Made by a program: the position numbers and the translations under genes. Below are positions 26,204-35,893 of a stretch of DNA of 36,392 nt, in pieces; positions within the stretch are counted from its first letter, which is position 1; each line of letters begins with the position of its first letter. Below the pieces are notes generated by a model. The model did no database searches and was not told the origin of the DNA. It saw only the letters and a list, made by a program, of their open reading frames with translations. Where the stretch lies: positions 1 to 36,392 of the forward strand of contig JAZDGU010000021.1 in assembly GCA_043806595.1 (NCBI GenBank), read 5' to 3'. Source of the stretch: Candidatus Micrarchaeota archaeon (lineage in GTDB: Archaea > Micrarchaeota > Micrarchaeia > Norongarragalinales > SBBD01).

Positions 26204-27316
26204 TCAGAACACGACGTCGGCGAGGCGCTTCCTCTTCAGGGCGTTCCCGATTTCCCTAGCTATCCTCCTGCCGGTGCTCATCGGCTCGCCGAAGAGGTAC
26301 CACGAGAGGAAGGAGCCCTGCGGGTAGAGGTTCGTGCCGGCGACGATCCTCGCTGAGATCTCGAAGGCGTAGTGGTGCAGCTCGGGGGTGACCACGGTCT
26401 CGATGCAGTAGGGGCCGACTATGCCCCCGTCGAACAGCCTCTTGCTGGCCTCCGCGACGCTCTTGCCCATGCGGTAGACTTCAGGCAGCAACGACTCGCG
26501 GATGGTCTGGGGGGCGTTGCCGGTGACAACATAGGTGGGATTGATTTTCAGCTCCTGCAGCGTGCCCGCGGCGAGGATGCGGTAGATTTCCTCGACGTTG
26601 CTCTCGAGCCTCTTGTCCATGCTCAGAAGCTCCATGCGGCCCTCGGCGCCCCCGGCGTCCTTCTCGAGGGGCGAGTAGAAGTAGTGGTGGTAGTACCTGA
26701 CGCCGTTTATGAACTCCTGAATCGTGGAGTTCTGCGACTCGTATTCCGTGATTATCCTGTTCTCGACCTTCTCCCGCATCTTGCGGTGGTAGTCGCGCTC
26801 GTCCGTGGTCAGGAAGAAGCCCTTGCCGCCCTTTGCGCCGGAAAACTTCACAATGCAGACGCGGTCTATGTCGGCAGGAGAGGCGAACTCCTTCGGCACG
26901 CGGCAGCCCGCTCGCTGGAGCCACTCCCTGCACTTCTTCCTCGAACTCTCCCATTCCAGCGAGCCGCGGTTGCCGAACATGGGCACTTCAAAAGACTCCG
27001 CGATCTTCCCGCTGCCGACGTATTCGACGAATGAGCCGTGGGGTACGATTATGCATTTGCGTTTCAGCAGGTCTGCCTGGATTTCCTCCTTGAGGACGTC
27101 GCGGTAGTGGGAGACCTCGATTATCTCGTCCGGCCGGGCAAGCGGGTAGCTCTCGTAGAACTCGCGCTTGTCGGGCGTGCATATGCCGACGGTGGAGAAG
27201 CCCTCCTGCCTCGCGCCGTGGAAAATCTGGAGCGCGGAGTGCGAGCAGATGGTGGCTATCTTCGGCCTGCCGTAGGATTTTACTCGCGCGGCGATTTCCC
27301 CGCGGGATATGGGCAT
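26204..27316 (-). CDS. purP: Formate-dependent AICAR formyltransferase PurP (ATP-grasp)
   Basis: IATICSHSALQI, VPHGSFVEY, VPMFGNR, GAKGGKGFF, IRESLL and FEISARIVAGTN. Confidence 0.92.
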   Translation of the reverse strand: MPISRGEIAARVKSYGRPKIATICSHSALQIFHGARQEGFSTVGICTPDKREFYESYPLARPDEIIEVSHYRDVLKEEIQADLLKRKCIIVPHGSFVEYVGSGKIAESFEVPMFGNRGSLEWESSRKKCREWLQRAGCRVPKEFASPADIDRVCIVKFSGAKGGKGFFLTTDERDYHRKMREKVENRIITEYESQNSTIQEFINGVRYYHHYFYSPLEKDAGGAEGRMELLSMDKRLESNVEEIYRILAAGTLQELKINPTYVVTGNAPQTIRESLLPEVYRMGKSVAEASKRLFDGGIVGPYCIETVVTPELHHYAFEISARIVAGTNLYPQGSFLSWYLFGEPMSTGRRIAREIGNALKRKRLADVVF

Positions 27317-27317
27317 G

Positions 27318-28463
27318 TCAGGTCACCACTTCCTCCAGCCTCTTGAGGCGTACCGCGTCCTTGATTTCCATGGCGATCCTGCGACCGTACGAGATGCTCT
27401 CGCCGTAGAGGTAGTGCGTGTACGGCGTCGCGGTGACGCCGGGGGAACCGGGGATGCGGAGGCTCAGGTCGAAGGTGAGGATCTTCTCCTTTCCTCCCTG
27501 CGAGACCACCGCGGACTGCAAGGCGAACGGCCCGATGATGCCCGGGGAGAACTCCTTCTTCGCGGCCTCCACCAGCAGTTCGGCGGCGTCGAAGGCCTTC
27601 TGCAGGAGGGACTCGCGGACGGTGCTCGCGATGTGGCCTACCTCGACGTAGGTCGGCTGGACCCTCTTGAGGACTTCCGCCTGCTGCGGCGAGGGCAGGC
27701 GGAGCAGGCCGTCGAGGTTCGTCTGCCTGCGCGTGTCGGTGCCCATGAGCTCTATCTCCTGCGAAAGCGGCGAGTAGAAGAAGTTGAAGTTATACTGCGT
27801 GCCGACGACGAACTCCTCGATGGTCGCATGCTCGAGGCCCTCTTTGGTGACCCTGCCCTGCTTGAGCAGCTCGTCGGCCCTCGCACGGTAGTCCTCCGGG
27901 GAAGAGGCGAAGAAGAACGCGCGCTCGTATGCCCTCTCCGCCTCGGGGGCCTTGACAATGGCAAGCGAGTCTATTTCCTCGGGGGAATCGAACTTGCGGG
28001 GCATGGCGAGGCCCGCCTTCTCCATCAGCCAGTACTGGCTCTTTTCCGCTGTGCGCTCCTCGGCGCGCAGCATCGCGCGGTTGCCGAAGATCGGTATGTC
28101 GAAGCGGTCCTCGATGTCCTCGTAGGGCACGTAGACGCTGAAGCTCCGGTTAGGCACGAAGACGGAGTTCTTGATCTTCAGCTGGCGGCGGATGTCGTCG
28201 GAGACGAGTTCGGAGAACTTGTCCAGGAGCATTACCTCGTCGATGGTGCCGACCTTGCGGCCGCTCGCCTTGAGGGTGCGGCTTAGGTAGTAGCGCCGGT
28301 AGGTCTTGTCCCTGTCCTTCTGGCAGACCGCTAGGTTGCGGATGCCCTCCTCCCACGCGCCCCTGCAGACCTCAAGCGCGCTGTGGCTGCCGAGGACGGA
28401 AATGGTCAGGCGCTCCCGGTCGTAGCCGGACAGGACGCCCGCGATGTCGGCCTTCGAGAGCAT
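27318..28463 (-). CDS. PurP-like paralog (DUF1246/DUF1297 ATP-grasp)
   Basis: LGSHSALE, VPNRSF, PIFGNR, YERAFF, QTNLDG, VRESLL and LRIPGSPG. Lacks the Gly-rich GAKGGKG loop. Confidence 0.9.
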   Translation of the reverse strand: MLSKADIAGVLSGYDRERLTISVLGSHSALEVCRGAWEEGIRNLAVCQKDRDKTYRRYYLSRTLKASGRKVGTIDEVMLLDKFSELVSDDIRRQLKIKNSVFVPNRSFSVYVPYEDIEDRFDIPIFGNRAMLRAEERTAEKSQYWLMEKAGLAMPRKFDSPEEIDSLAIVKAPEAERAYERAFFFASSPEDYRARADELLKQGRVTKEGLEHATIEEFVVGTQYNFNFFYSPLSQEIELMGTDTRRQTNLDGLLRLPSPQQAEVLKRVQPTYVEVGHIASTVRESLLQKAFDAAELLVEAAKKEFSPGIIGPFALQSAVVSQGGKEKILTFDLSLRIPGSPGVTATPYTHYLYGESISYGRRIAMEIKDAVRLKRLEEVVT

Positions 28464-28483
28464 AGGGTATTATCGCTTGCCAG

Positions 28484-28498
28484 TTTTTTAAACGCTTT
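28484..28498 (-). promoter_or_regulatory. BRE/TATA promoter of the purP pair
   Basis: Minus strand reads AAAGCGTTTAAAAAA, with the TATA about 25 nt upstream of ATG 28463, suggesting a leaderless transcript. Confidence 0.55.
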
Positions 28499-28512
28499 GC
28501 CCCACCTGCAGG

Positions 28513-30141
28513 TCAGCCGCAGCTGAAGAAGGACATCTTCGCCTTGTCGTCCAGACGGAAGAACCCCACGCGCTCGAACTGCACGAAGGCGCCCTGCTCC
28601 AAATCGGCGCACTCCTTCTGCGCAAAGCCGTCGGCGACGCGCATGCTCGCGGGGTTGAAGTTGCCTTCGGAGTCGAGCAGGTCCGAGAAGAACACGGCCT
28701 TTGCCGCGACGGCCTTTCCTTCCTCCACCCACTGGATCTTGCGCATTCCCTTCGGCTCGGCAGCAGATTCGGAGCAGGCAAGCAGTCCCTCCGACTTCGA
28801 CTCGATTCTGACGGTCATGAGGTCCTTGAGGCGGAACTCGTCGCCCCCCTTGAGCGAATCCGCGTCATGGCGGGGGACGTGGAAGGTCCTGCCCCCGACC
28901 GCGAGCTTCACCGGGTCCTCGACGAAGAAGTGGTGGGGCGCAACCGGGTCGAGAAGCGAGCGGTTGATTTGGAGGAGGTCGGAGAACGGGGGGGCGTTCT
29001 CCTGCTTGCCAAGCCCCTGCCGCAGGACGAACTCCTTGGCCGCCTGCGGAAGGATGCCGCGGCGGCGGAGGCCCGCAAGCGTGGGCAGCCGGGGGTCGTC
29101 CCAGCCGGGCACCTTGCCCGATTCCACGAGGGGCCGCAGGATGCGCTTGCTCAGCGCCGTGCCGGCGATGCTTAGTCGCGAAAAGTCGTAGACGAGCGGC
29201 TTGGGAAGGCTGACGGCGTCGAGGATTGCGTAGTAGAGCTCGTCGCGGAGCTCGTACTCCTTGCTGCGCAGCGCGTGCGTCACGCCGTCCAGCGAGTCCG
29301 CTATGCTGACCTCGAAGTCGTACGTCGGCCAGACTCGGTATTTGTCCCCCTGGCGGTAGTGCGGCGCTTCAATGACACGGAAGAGCGTCGGGTCCCGCAT
29401 GACAGTATTGGCGGACTTCATGTCGGCCTTGAGGCGGATGATGCCCTCGCCCTTGCCGATTCCGCCGGAGGCCATCTTGTTCCAGAGGGCGAGGTTCTCG
29501 CCGCCGCGGCGCTCCCTGCAGTTGCATGCCGTCCCCTTGAACCGGTTCGCGTTGACCGCCTCCTTGGGGCACGTGCAGGCGTACGCACGGCCGAGGATGA
29601 GGAGCTTCTGCCCGAACTGCTGCAGCTGGGGCATGCGGTCGGAAGCATAGAGCTCGCCGGCGAATCCGAGGCCCAGCCACTGCAGTCCCTCCTTGATGGC
29701 GTCGACGTATTCCTGCCTCTCGGCCTCGGGATTGGTGTCGTCGAAGCGCAGCAGGCACGTTCCGCCGTGGAAGCGCGCGACCTCGGCGGAGAGGAATGCG
29801 GCCTTGGCGTGGCCGAGGTGGGGGTAGCCGTTGGGCTCGGGCAAAAAGCGCGTGACGACCTTGCCCTGCTCCGCCTGCGGAAGCCTGTACTCGCGCGGGC
29901 CCTCCTTTTTCTCCTCGAAGGAATAACCCGCCAGCTCCTTCCCGATTTCGGCCTTGTCCAACGCGTTGACGCGCGCCACCTCCTCGGAAACGGCCGACAT
30001 GGTCGACTTCATGTCCTTCTTGGCCTCGGGCAGCTCGGCGACCACCTTTCCGACCACCCCCTTGGGGTCGGCCTTGCCGTAGTCGTAGGCGTTCTTGAGC
30101 GTATGTTTGCGGACGACCGCAGCTAAATCCATGGAGTTCAC
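28513..30141 (-). CDS. gltX: Glutamate--tRNA ligase (archaeal type)
   Basis: TRFLPEPNGYPHLGHAK, RFDDTNP, CTC...CNC Zn site, WPTYDF, LSKR, GWDDPRLPT and QFERVGFFRLD. Confidence 0.96.
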   Translation of the reverse strand: MNSMDLAAVVRKHTLKNAYDYGKADPKGVVGKVVAELPEAKKDMKSTMSAVSEEVARVNALDKAEIGKELAGYSFEEKKEGPREYRLPQAEQGKVVTRFLPEPNGYPHLGHAKAAFLSAEVARFHGGTCLLRFDDTNPEAERQEYVDAIKEGLQWLGLGFAGELYASDRMPQLQQFGQKLLILGRAYACTCPKEAVNANRFKGTACNCRERRGGENLALWNKMASGGIGKGEGIIRLKADMKSANTVMRDPTLFRVIEAPHYRQGDKYRVWPTYDFEVSIADSLDGVTHALRSKEYELRDELYYAILDAVSLPKPLVYDFSRLSIAGTALSKRILRPLVESGKVPGWDDPRLPTLAGLRRRGILPQAAKEFVLRQGLGKQENAPPFSDLLQINRSLLDPVAPHHFFVEDPVKLAVGGRTFHVPRHDADSLKGGDEFRLKDLMTVRIESKSEGLLACSESAAEPKGMRKIQWVEEGKAVAAKAVFFSDLLDSEGNFNPASMRVADGFAQKECADLEQGAFVQFERVGFFRLDDKAKMSFFSCG

Positions 30142-30199
30142 GGCGGTATGTGTTTAGGGGAAACGGGTTTTTTATGGGTTGGCTTCAGAGGCCGCGAGG

Positions 30200-30206
30200 A
30201 AAAAAA
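30200..30206 (-). terminator. Oligo-T terminator after the pilus assembly operon
   Basis: T7 tract on the minus strand 7 nt after the stop of the 30214-31254 gene. Confidence 0.45.
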
Positions 30207-30213
30207 GGGGGCG

Positions 30214-31254
30214 TCAGACCATGATGTTGGCGAAGGCGCTGACGAGCACGGAGTGTATCAGGTAGAAAATGCCGAGTGCAATGGGCACGAAGACCGGGAT
30301 GAACTTGACGCCGCGCTTGGCGTTGCCGTGCTGTATCTGGCCCAGCAGGAGCGAGCTGAAGAACGCGGTTATGCTTATCGCGCCGAGCGAGAACAGACGG
30401 ATGTCGTCCGCGGTGACGCCCTGCGACTTCCGCTGGAAGGACATGCTCACGATGGAGTCGCCGCTCAGCAGCCGCGAGGCGCCCGGGGCGTTCGGGTCGA
30501 TGCCGCTCCCCATCTGCTTGGCGAGCAGCCTCTCGTTTATCTCGGTATAGTAGAGCGAGACGGAGAAGAGCATCGGGGCCACCAGGATCGCACTGAAGAT
30601 GATGAAGAGGGAGTAGGTAATGGTCGCGTTCATTATCTCCTTGCGGAGGGCCTTCGTGGCCTTGATCGTGTCCGCGACCTCGTCCAGCAGGTTCGCCATC
30701 TCGCCGCCGAGCCTGATGCCCTCGGACAGCAGGTGCACCGAGCGCTCGAACATCTTCGAGTCGACGCGCTTGGTCATCTCCTCGAGGGCCTCGCGGATGG
30801 ACTTGCCGGCGTAGGTGCTGATGGAGACGCGCTTTATCTCCTGGCCGAAGACCCCGAACTCGGGCTTGCTCACGCTCCATATGGCGTTCTCGATGGTCAT
30901 GCCGGCGCGGATGTTGGCGGCGATTATCTTAAGCGCCTCGGGCAGGATGTCCTCGACGTTCCGCGCGCGGTTCTCCGCCGAGCTGTAGAGCACGAAATAG
31001 AACAGCGCCGACACCAGAACAAGGGCGGATACCGCGGCGAGCGGCGCCATCAGCGCGTTGTCCGCGTAGAACTGCTGGGCCACGTAGCCGGAGAGGACGG
31101 CCGCGATGAGCGTGAACAGGATCATGAAGCCGGCGTACTTGCGGGGGTCGATGTAGGAGAAGCCGGCCTTGATGATGAGCGAGGAGAGAGAGTTGAAGAC
31201 GCCCCTCGGCATCATCTGCGAGAGGATTATGTAGAGCTTGATTTTCTGGGCCAT
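30214..31254 (-). CDS. Type II secretion system F domain protein (TadB/TadC-like pilus platform)
   Basis: LPEALKIIAANIRAGMTIENA, PEFGVFGQEI, GGEMANLL and several TMs. Confidence 0.92.
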   Translation of the reverse strand: MAQKIKLYIILSQMMPRGVFNSLSSLIIKAGFSYIDPRKYAGFMILFTLIAAVLSGYVAQQFYADNALMAPLAAVSALVLVSALFYFVLYSSAENRARNVEDILPEALKIIAANIRAGMTIENAIWSVSKPEFGVFGQEIKRVSISTYAGKSIREALEEMTKRVDSKMFERSVHLLSEGIRLGGEMANLLDEVADTIKATKALRKEIMNATITYSLFIIFSAILVAPMLFSVSLYYTEINERLLAKQMGSGIDPNAPGASRLLSGDSIVSMSFQRKSQGVTADDIRLFSLGAISITAFFSSLLLGQIQHGNAKRGVKFIPVFVPIALGIFYLIHSVLVSAFANIMV

Positions 31255-31255
31255 G

Positions 31256-32146
31256 CTAGACGTCCTCGACGGCGGGCCGCCGGCTGCGCACGAAGTCCAG
31301 GAAGAATATCTGGAAACCGATTATGAACACGAGCACGAGTGAGAAGAAGATGCTCGGGACCTCTATCCCGAGGAAGGAAATTATGACGAGCATCATCGTG
31401 ATGCCGAGAGAAGGCACGACTATGGCCGCGAGCATGTAAATCATCGTCCACGGGGAGAGCTCCTGCCCGTAACGCTTGATGTCGTCTATCTTCTCCTTGG
31501 TGAGGTCGTTGATCATCTCCTCGAGGGCCTTGCCGACGTCGGTGCCGACCTTGAGCGCGTTCGAAATCTGCCAGAGAACGCGCTTCATCTGCTTCGACGG
31601 CGAGGCCTTGCCCGCCTCCTCGAACGCCTGCTGTATGGGGATGCCGCCGTTGATCTTCTTAATCATCTTGCGGAACTCAACCGAGACCTCGCCGTAGTCG
31701 TCGCACGCGGAAGCGAGCGCCTCGAAAAGCGGCACTCCGCTCTTTACGTGGATGAGCAGCTGGCGGAGCGCGGGGATGAGCTCGTTGTCCAGCCTTCGCG
31801 CCTTCTTGCGCGTGATTATCTTGGGGTAGCTGACGATGGTGACCACGGAGACCGCGCCGATGAGGACCGCGGCAACCGGGCCCTGCCAGTAGAGCGACGC
31901 CTCGCCGGTGATGCGCGCGAGCAGCAGGCTCCCGCCGAGGATGGCGAGGAAATTGCCGAGCGACGCGACGATGGCGTTCGCCGCATACTCGCGCGCGTTT
32001 ATCTGGCTCTCCGCCTGTATGAGCTCCTGGCCGAGGCCCGGGAAGAACGTGCTGACGACGTTGCCGGCGCGCGCGACGAACCCTATCTGCGCTATCTTGG
32101 CCACCAGCTGGGGCGGGATGAAGCTGAAAGGCACCTGCATCTTCAC
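31256..32146 (-). CDS. Type II secretion system F domain protein (TadB/TadC-like pilus platform)
   Basis: LIPALRQLLIHVKSGVPLFEAL, YGEVSVEF and IVVPSLGITM, plus TMs. Confidence 0.92.
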   Translation of the reverse strand: MKMQVPFSFIPPQLVAKIAQIGFVARAGNVVSTFFPGLGQELIQAESQINAREYAANAIVASLGNFLAILGGSLLLARITGEASLYWQGPVAAVLIGAVSVVTIVSYPKIITRKKARRLDNELIPALRQLLIHVKSGVPLFEALASACDDYGEVSVEFRKMIKKINGGIPIQQAFEEAGKASPSKQMKRVLWQISNALKVGTDVGKALEEMINDLTKEKIDDIKRYGQELSPWTMIYMLAAIVVPSLGITMMLVIISFLGIEVPSIFFSLVLVFIIGFQIFFLDFVRSRRPAVEDV

Positions 32147-32149
32147 GAC

Positions 32150-33790
32150 CTACTTGCGCCCGAGGATTCCCCTGAGCTTCTTTTTGATGTCCTCCTTCTC
32201 GACCTTAGGCTTTGGCTGTGCGGGCCTCTCCGCCGGGGGCTCGTCGGACACGCCTGCCGCCGGAAGAGGTTCCGCGCCCGTGTCCGGGGGGACATGCAGC
32301 AGATTGCCGGGGTCGGCGTCGGCGTCGACGGCCTTGATGACCCGGTCCTTGTCGCGGTAGTACCATGCGACGATGCGGCCGACGTCGTTGACGCTGCTTA
32401 CGCCGTGCTTGACCAAGTAGTCGAGCACCTTCCGGCGCGCGGCAAGCTCGGCATTGATTTCCTTGGGGGCCATGCCCGTGTAGAGGGAAAGAGTCTGGTA
32501 GAGCTTGACCGACTCGCCGACCTTCTCCAAGTCGTCGGTCTGCGGGTTCCAGCGGTAAAGCACGTTGATCGTGACCTTGTCCTCCTCCTCGATCAGCTCG
32601 GCTATCTCGAAAGTGCGGCGGAAGCCGCTCCTCCTCTGGCGGTACTGGATGACCACGAGGTTCACCGCGGAAAGGAGGAGCTCGGGGATGTTGAGCGGCG
32701 GGTGCGTGAAGCGGTTCTTCAGCTGGAACACGTCCTCGGCGTGGAACGTCGAGAACACCGCGTGGCCCGTATGCATGGCCTCGAAGAGGACCTCGGCCTC
32801 GCGCTGCCTGCGCGTCTCTCCCAACACTATCCTGTCCGGCCGCATGCGCAAACTGTTGACCATGAGGTCGAGCATGCTCACCTCGCCCTTGCCCTCGCTG
32901 TTCGGCTGGCGCGTCACCATCGGCGTCCAGTGCAGGAAGTCCGGCAGCGCGAGCTCCCTCGTGTCCTCTATGCTGACCACTCGCTGGTTCGGCGGGGTGA
33001 AGAGAAGGATGGAGTTCAGGAAGGATGTCTTGCCGCTGCCCGTGCCCCCGCCTATGATGATGTTCATCTCGTACTGGACGCACAGCCATAGCAGCGCCGC
33101 GACTTCCGAGGTCAGCGTCCTGGCCTGCGGGTCGATGAGGTTGACGATGGTCCACGGATCTGCGCGGAACTTGCGCACCACGATGCTGTTTCCCTTGCTG
33201 GCGACCGGCATCAGCACGCAGTTGACGCGGTTGCCGCTCAGCAGGTTGGCGTCCATCAGCGGGTTGAGCGTGGTGATCTGCCGGCCAATCTTCCTGCCGA
33301 TGATGTCCGAGAAGTTCTGTATCTGCTCCTCCGTAGTCACGCTGATGTTGGTCTTGAGCCAGCCGAACTTGCGGTGGTAGACCCACACCGGCTCCTTCGC
33401 CGAGTTGACGATTACCTCCTCCAGCTGGGCGTCGGCGAGCAGCAGCTCCAGGTCTCCCAGCCCGAGCATCTCCTGCAGCAGCCGGCCGACGAGGAAGTTC
33501 TGGTCCTCCTCGTTCGCCCCGGGTATCTCCTTCTTGAGGATTTCGCGCGCCTTCTTCGCGAACTTGCCGCGTATCTCGGCGTCGTCGCCCTTGCTCAGCA
33601 TGTCCGTGACGCGCACGTCGACGCTATCGATGATCCGCTCCTTCAGCCTGCGGAGCACGGCGAGAGTGGCCTCGTTGAACCGGGGGTACTCCAGCTCGTA
33701 GATGTTGATATACTCGTCGTCCTTCTGCATGATGCGGACGTCCGCGACGACCTTCTCGTTCTCGACCTTGTAGGTTGAGAGAACCTTCAT
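32150..33790 (-). CDS. Type IV pilus assembly ATPase (TadA/CpaF/VirB11 family)
   Basis: Walker A GGTGSGKT, Asp box SIEDTREL, LRMRPDRIVLGETR, and His box HTGHAVFSTFHA. Confidence 0.96.
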   Translation of the reverse strand: MKVLSTYKVENEKVVADVRIMQKDDEYINIYELEYPRFNEATLAVLRRLKERIIDSVDVRVTDMLSKGDDAEIRGKFAKKAREILKKEIPGANEEDQNFLVGRLLQEMLGLGDLELLLADAQLEEVIVNSAKEPVWVYHRKFGWLKTNISVTTEEQIQNFSDIIGRKIGRQITTLNPLMDANLLSGNRVNCVLMPVASKGNSIVVRKFRADPWTIVNLIDPQARTLTSEVAALLWLCVQYEMNIIIGGGTGSGKTSFLNSILLFTPPNQRVVSIEDTRELALPDFLHWTPMVTRQPNSEGKGEVSMLDLMVNSLRMRPDRIVLGETRRQREAEVLFEAMHTGHAVFSTFHAEDVFQLKNRFTHPPLNIPELLLSAVNLVVIQYRQRRSGFRRTFEIAELIEEEDKVTINVLYRWNPQTDDLEKVGESVKLYQTLSLYTGMAPKEINAELAARRKVLDYLVKHGVSSVNDVGRIVAWYYRDKDRVIKAVDADADPGNLLHVPPDTGAEPLPAAGVSDEPPAERPAQPKPKVEKEDIKKKLRGILGRK

Positions 33791-33873
33791 TGCAACAACC
33801 CCCCGAACGGCGTTAATCCCGCCAGATATATATTCCTATGTCTCCCTGCAGTGGAAAGCTGGGTTTGCCGGCG

Positions 33874-34488
33874 CTATGCCTTCCTGCGGCGGAGGCCGGA
33901 AGCCACCCCCGAAATCGCGGCGCGCACGCGGTGGACGATGCCCCGGCGCCGGGGAGCATCCTCATCCAGCAGCTTGCGGAAGGCCTCCACCTCGGCCTCG
34001 AGGAGCGCCGCGCGAGCCTTGAGCGCCCCGACCTTCTCCTCGAATCCCCGCGTCTCGATGATCAGCGCGGGCGCCATCCTCCGCATGGCCTCCGTCTCCT
34101 CGGTGGTCAGGCTCATGCGCTCGATTTCCTGGAAGTGCGCCTGAACGGCCTCGAGCCGGCGCGAGAGGTCCTTCTCCGAGAAGACGAACAAATCGGACGC
34201 GCCCTTGAGCTCCTTCTCGACGCCGGAAAAGCGCTCGAGCACGGTAGTCCTCCTCGGGGGGGCCTGCGACGGCTTGGCATCCGCGGGCATCGCCAACTTC
34301 GGGGTCAGCCGGATGCCCGAGAATTCGTACTTGACGTTTATGAGGCCGCTTTCGGCGAGGATGTCTGCAAGCTCCTCTACGTCCTTGACCGGCATCTGGA
34401 GCGCGCGGGAGGCCTCAACGACGCTCGTGCCGTTCTTCAGCTTCACGTATTCCACGAGCCGGTCGATGGCGGTGTCGAGCTGGGCCAT
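33874..34488 (-). CDS. Winged-helix + coiled-coil protein
   Basis: N-terminal DTAIDRLVEYV...SVVEASRAL...VEELADILAESGLINVKY (wHTH pattern), followed by a charged heptad region. Confidence 0.75.
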   Translation of the reverse strand: MAQLDTAIDRLVEYVKLKNGTSVVEASRALQMPVKDVEELADILAESGLINVKYEFSGIRLTPKLAMPADAKPSQAPPRRTTVLERFSGVEKELKGASDLFVFSEKDLSRRLEAVQAHFQEIERMSLTTEETEAMRRMAPALIIETRGFEEKVGALKARAALLEAEVEAFRKLLDEDAPRRRGIVHRVRAAISGVASGLRRRKA

Positions 34489-34512
34489 TTCTCCCGCGCA
34501 TTACTCAGACGC

Positions 34513-34558
34513 AAATTAATAACCTTTGGATTGCGCTCGTTGCGACGGTATTTTAAAT
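34513..34558. promoter_or_regulatory. Divergent promoter pair (wHTH gene versus prepilin operon)
   Basis: Minus-strand AAAGGTTATTAATTT (34513-34527) and plus-strand TTTTAAAT (34551-34558), each about 20-30 nt from an ATG. Confidence 0.5.
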
Positions 34559-34577
34559 CGGCGTGAGTAAGGCGTGC

Positions 34578-34988
34578 ATGGGGAGGGCGCAGGCTGCCAC
34601 GGAGTACCTGATGATGATGGGCTTGGCCCTACTCATAGTCGTCCCCCTCTGGTTCTTCGTGAACGACAGCGTCGGCAAGACCAGGCAGGAGCTCCAGTTC
34701 TCGTACGCCAAGGTCGCCGTGAACAAGATCAGGGACGCAGCGGATGTCGTGTACATCCAGGGCCCGCCGGCGCGAATATACATGGAGCTGCAATTCCCGG
34801 ACAACATCCATTCCGCCACCGTCGGAGGCAGGGAAATCCTGATTCGGATGCCGACGCCCTCAGGCTTCACCGACGTCTATTCCGTGACCATCGGCGACGT
34901 GCAGGGCAGCCTGCCGACGCGCGCGGGTCTGGTGCGCATACTGGTCAAGTCCGAGGGTAACTACGTGAACGTGACTGACGGTGGTTGA
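34578..34988 (+). CDS. Class III signal peptide prepilin
   Basis: MGRA|QAATEYLMMMG: Q at +1, E at +5, then a hydrophobic helix. Confidence 0.88.
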   Translation: MGRAQAATEYLMMMGLALLIVVPLWFFVNDSVGKTRQELQFSYAKVAVNKIRDAADVVYIQGPPARIYMELQFPDNIHSATVGGREILIRMPTPSGFTDVYSVTIGDVQGSLPTRAGLVRILVKSEGNYVNVTDGG

Positions 34989-35388
34989 AATCAGGGCCCA
35001 GTCGGGGATAGAGATGGCCGCATTCTCCATCTTCCTCATAATGCTGCTGATGGTCTTCGTCGGCCTCGCGCAGCAGAGGCAGAACGAGGTGTATCGGGGC
35101 AGGGACTCCGTCGAGGCGTGGCGCATAGCAGACCTCGTCGCCACGCACATCAACTCCGCGGTGGGAATCGGGGACGGATATTCGTCGCAGTTCGTCCTGC
35201 CTCCGAGCGTTTACGGCGAGCCCTACAGGGTCGAGTTCATCCAGCAGGAGCAGCGCGTCGTCGTATACTACGGTCAGGAGAACAAGACCGCTTCGGCCGG
35301 GGTTCTGACGGCAGACGTCGTTGCGAACTTCACCGTCGGGGGGGAGAACCCGATTTCAAAAGAGGACGGAGTGGTGACCATTGGCTAG
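34981..35388 (+). CDS. Class III signal peptide prepilin
   Basis: IRA|QSGIEMAAF: Q at +1, E at +5. GDGYS motif. Overlaps the previous stop. Confidence 0.85.
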   Translation: MVEIRAQSGIEMAAFSIFLIMLLMVFVGLAQQRQNEVYRGRDSVEAWRIADLVATHINSAVGIGDGYSSQFVLPPSVYGEPYRVEFIQQEQRVVVYYGQENKTASAGVLTADVVANFTVGGENPISKEDGVVTIG

Positions 35389-35893
35389 GGGGCTGTTCAC
35401 CAGCGACTTCGTGCTAAGCCTGGCCATATTCATGATTGTGCTGGCGCTCGCGGCGCCGCTCTGGGACCACGTGCGCGCGCAGGCAGCCTACTCCTCGGTG
35501 CAGTACCGCATCCAGGCGGACGCTCTCGCGGCAAGCGACGCGCTCGTGCGCAGTCCCGGGAATCCCCGCGACTGGGACGCCGCGAGCGTCATGAGCATGG
35601 GGCTTGCGGACGAGGAGCACATGCTCAACGGCACTAAGGTAAGCATGATGTTCAACATGCTGAAGGCCGACTACCCCGCAGCGAAGGGGCGCATGGGCCT
35701 CGCGCCATACGACCTCAATATCAGCATAACCGACGGCAACGGCCAGACGATAGACCTGCAGGGCAACGAGACCGGTTTCGCCTCCGACGCGCCTGTGTCC
35801 GTCGCGGCGTTCAACGTCAGGCGCATCGCGCTCCTCGAGGCCAACAGCACGCACAGGCAGATAGTAAACATTAACCTAGTGGTATGGAGATGA
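35381..35893 (+). CDS. Prepilin-like protein (minor pilin)
   Basis: MARG|LFTSDFVLSL with an acidic residue at +5. SPGNPRDW motif. TTG start overlapping the previous stop. Confidence 0.8.
   Translation: MARGLFTSDFVLSLAIFMIVLALAAPLWDHVRAQAAYSSVQYRIQADALAASDALVRSPGNPRDWDAASVMSMGLADEEHMLNGTKVSMMFNMLKADYPAAKGRMGLAPYDLNISITDGNGQTIDLQGNETGFASDAPVSVAAFNVRRIALLEANSTHRQIVNINLVVWR

Noticed and set aside
33847..33858. CAGTGGAAA, resembling part of an ORB origin box (of interest given the oap genes)
   Set aside because: It is a single partial match with no repeats, no AT-rich unwinding element and no cdc6/orc1 gene.
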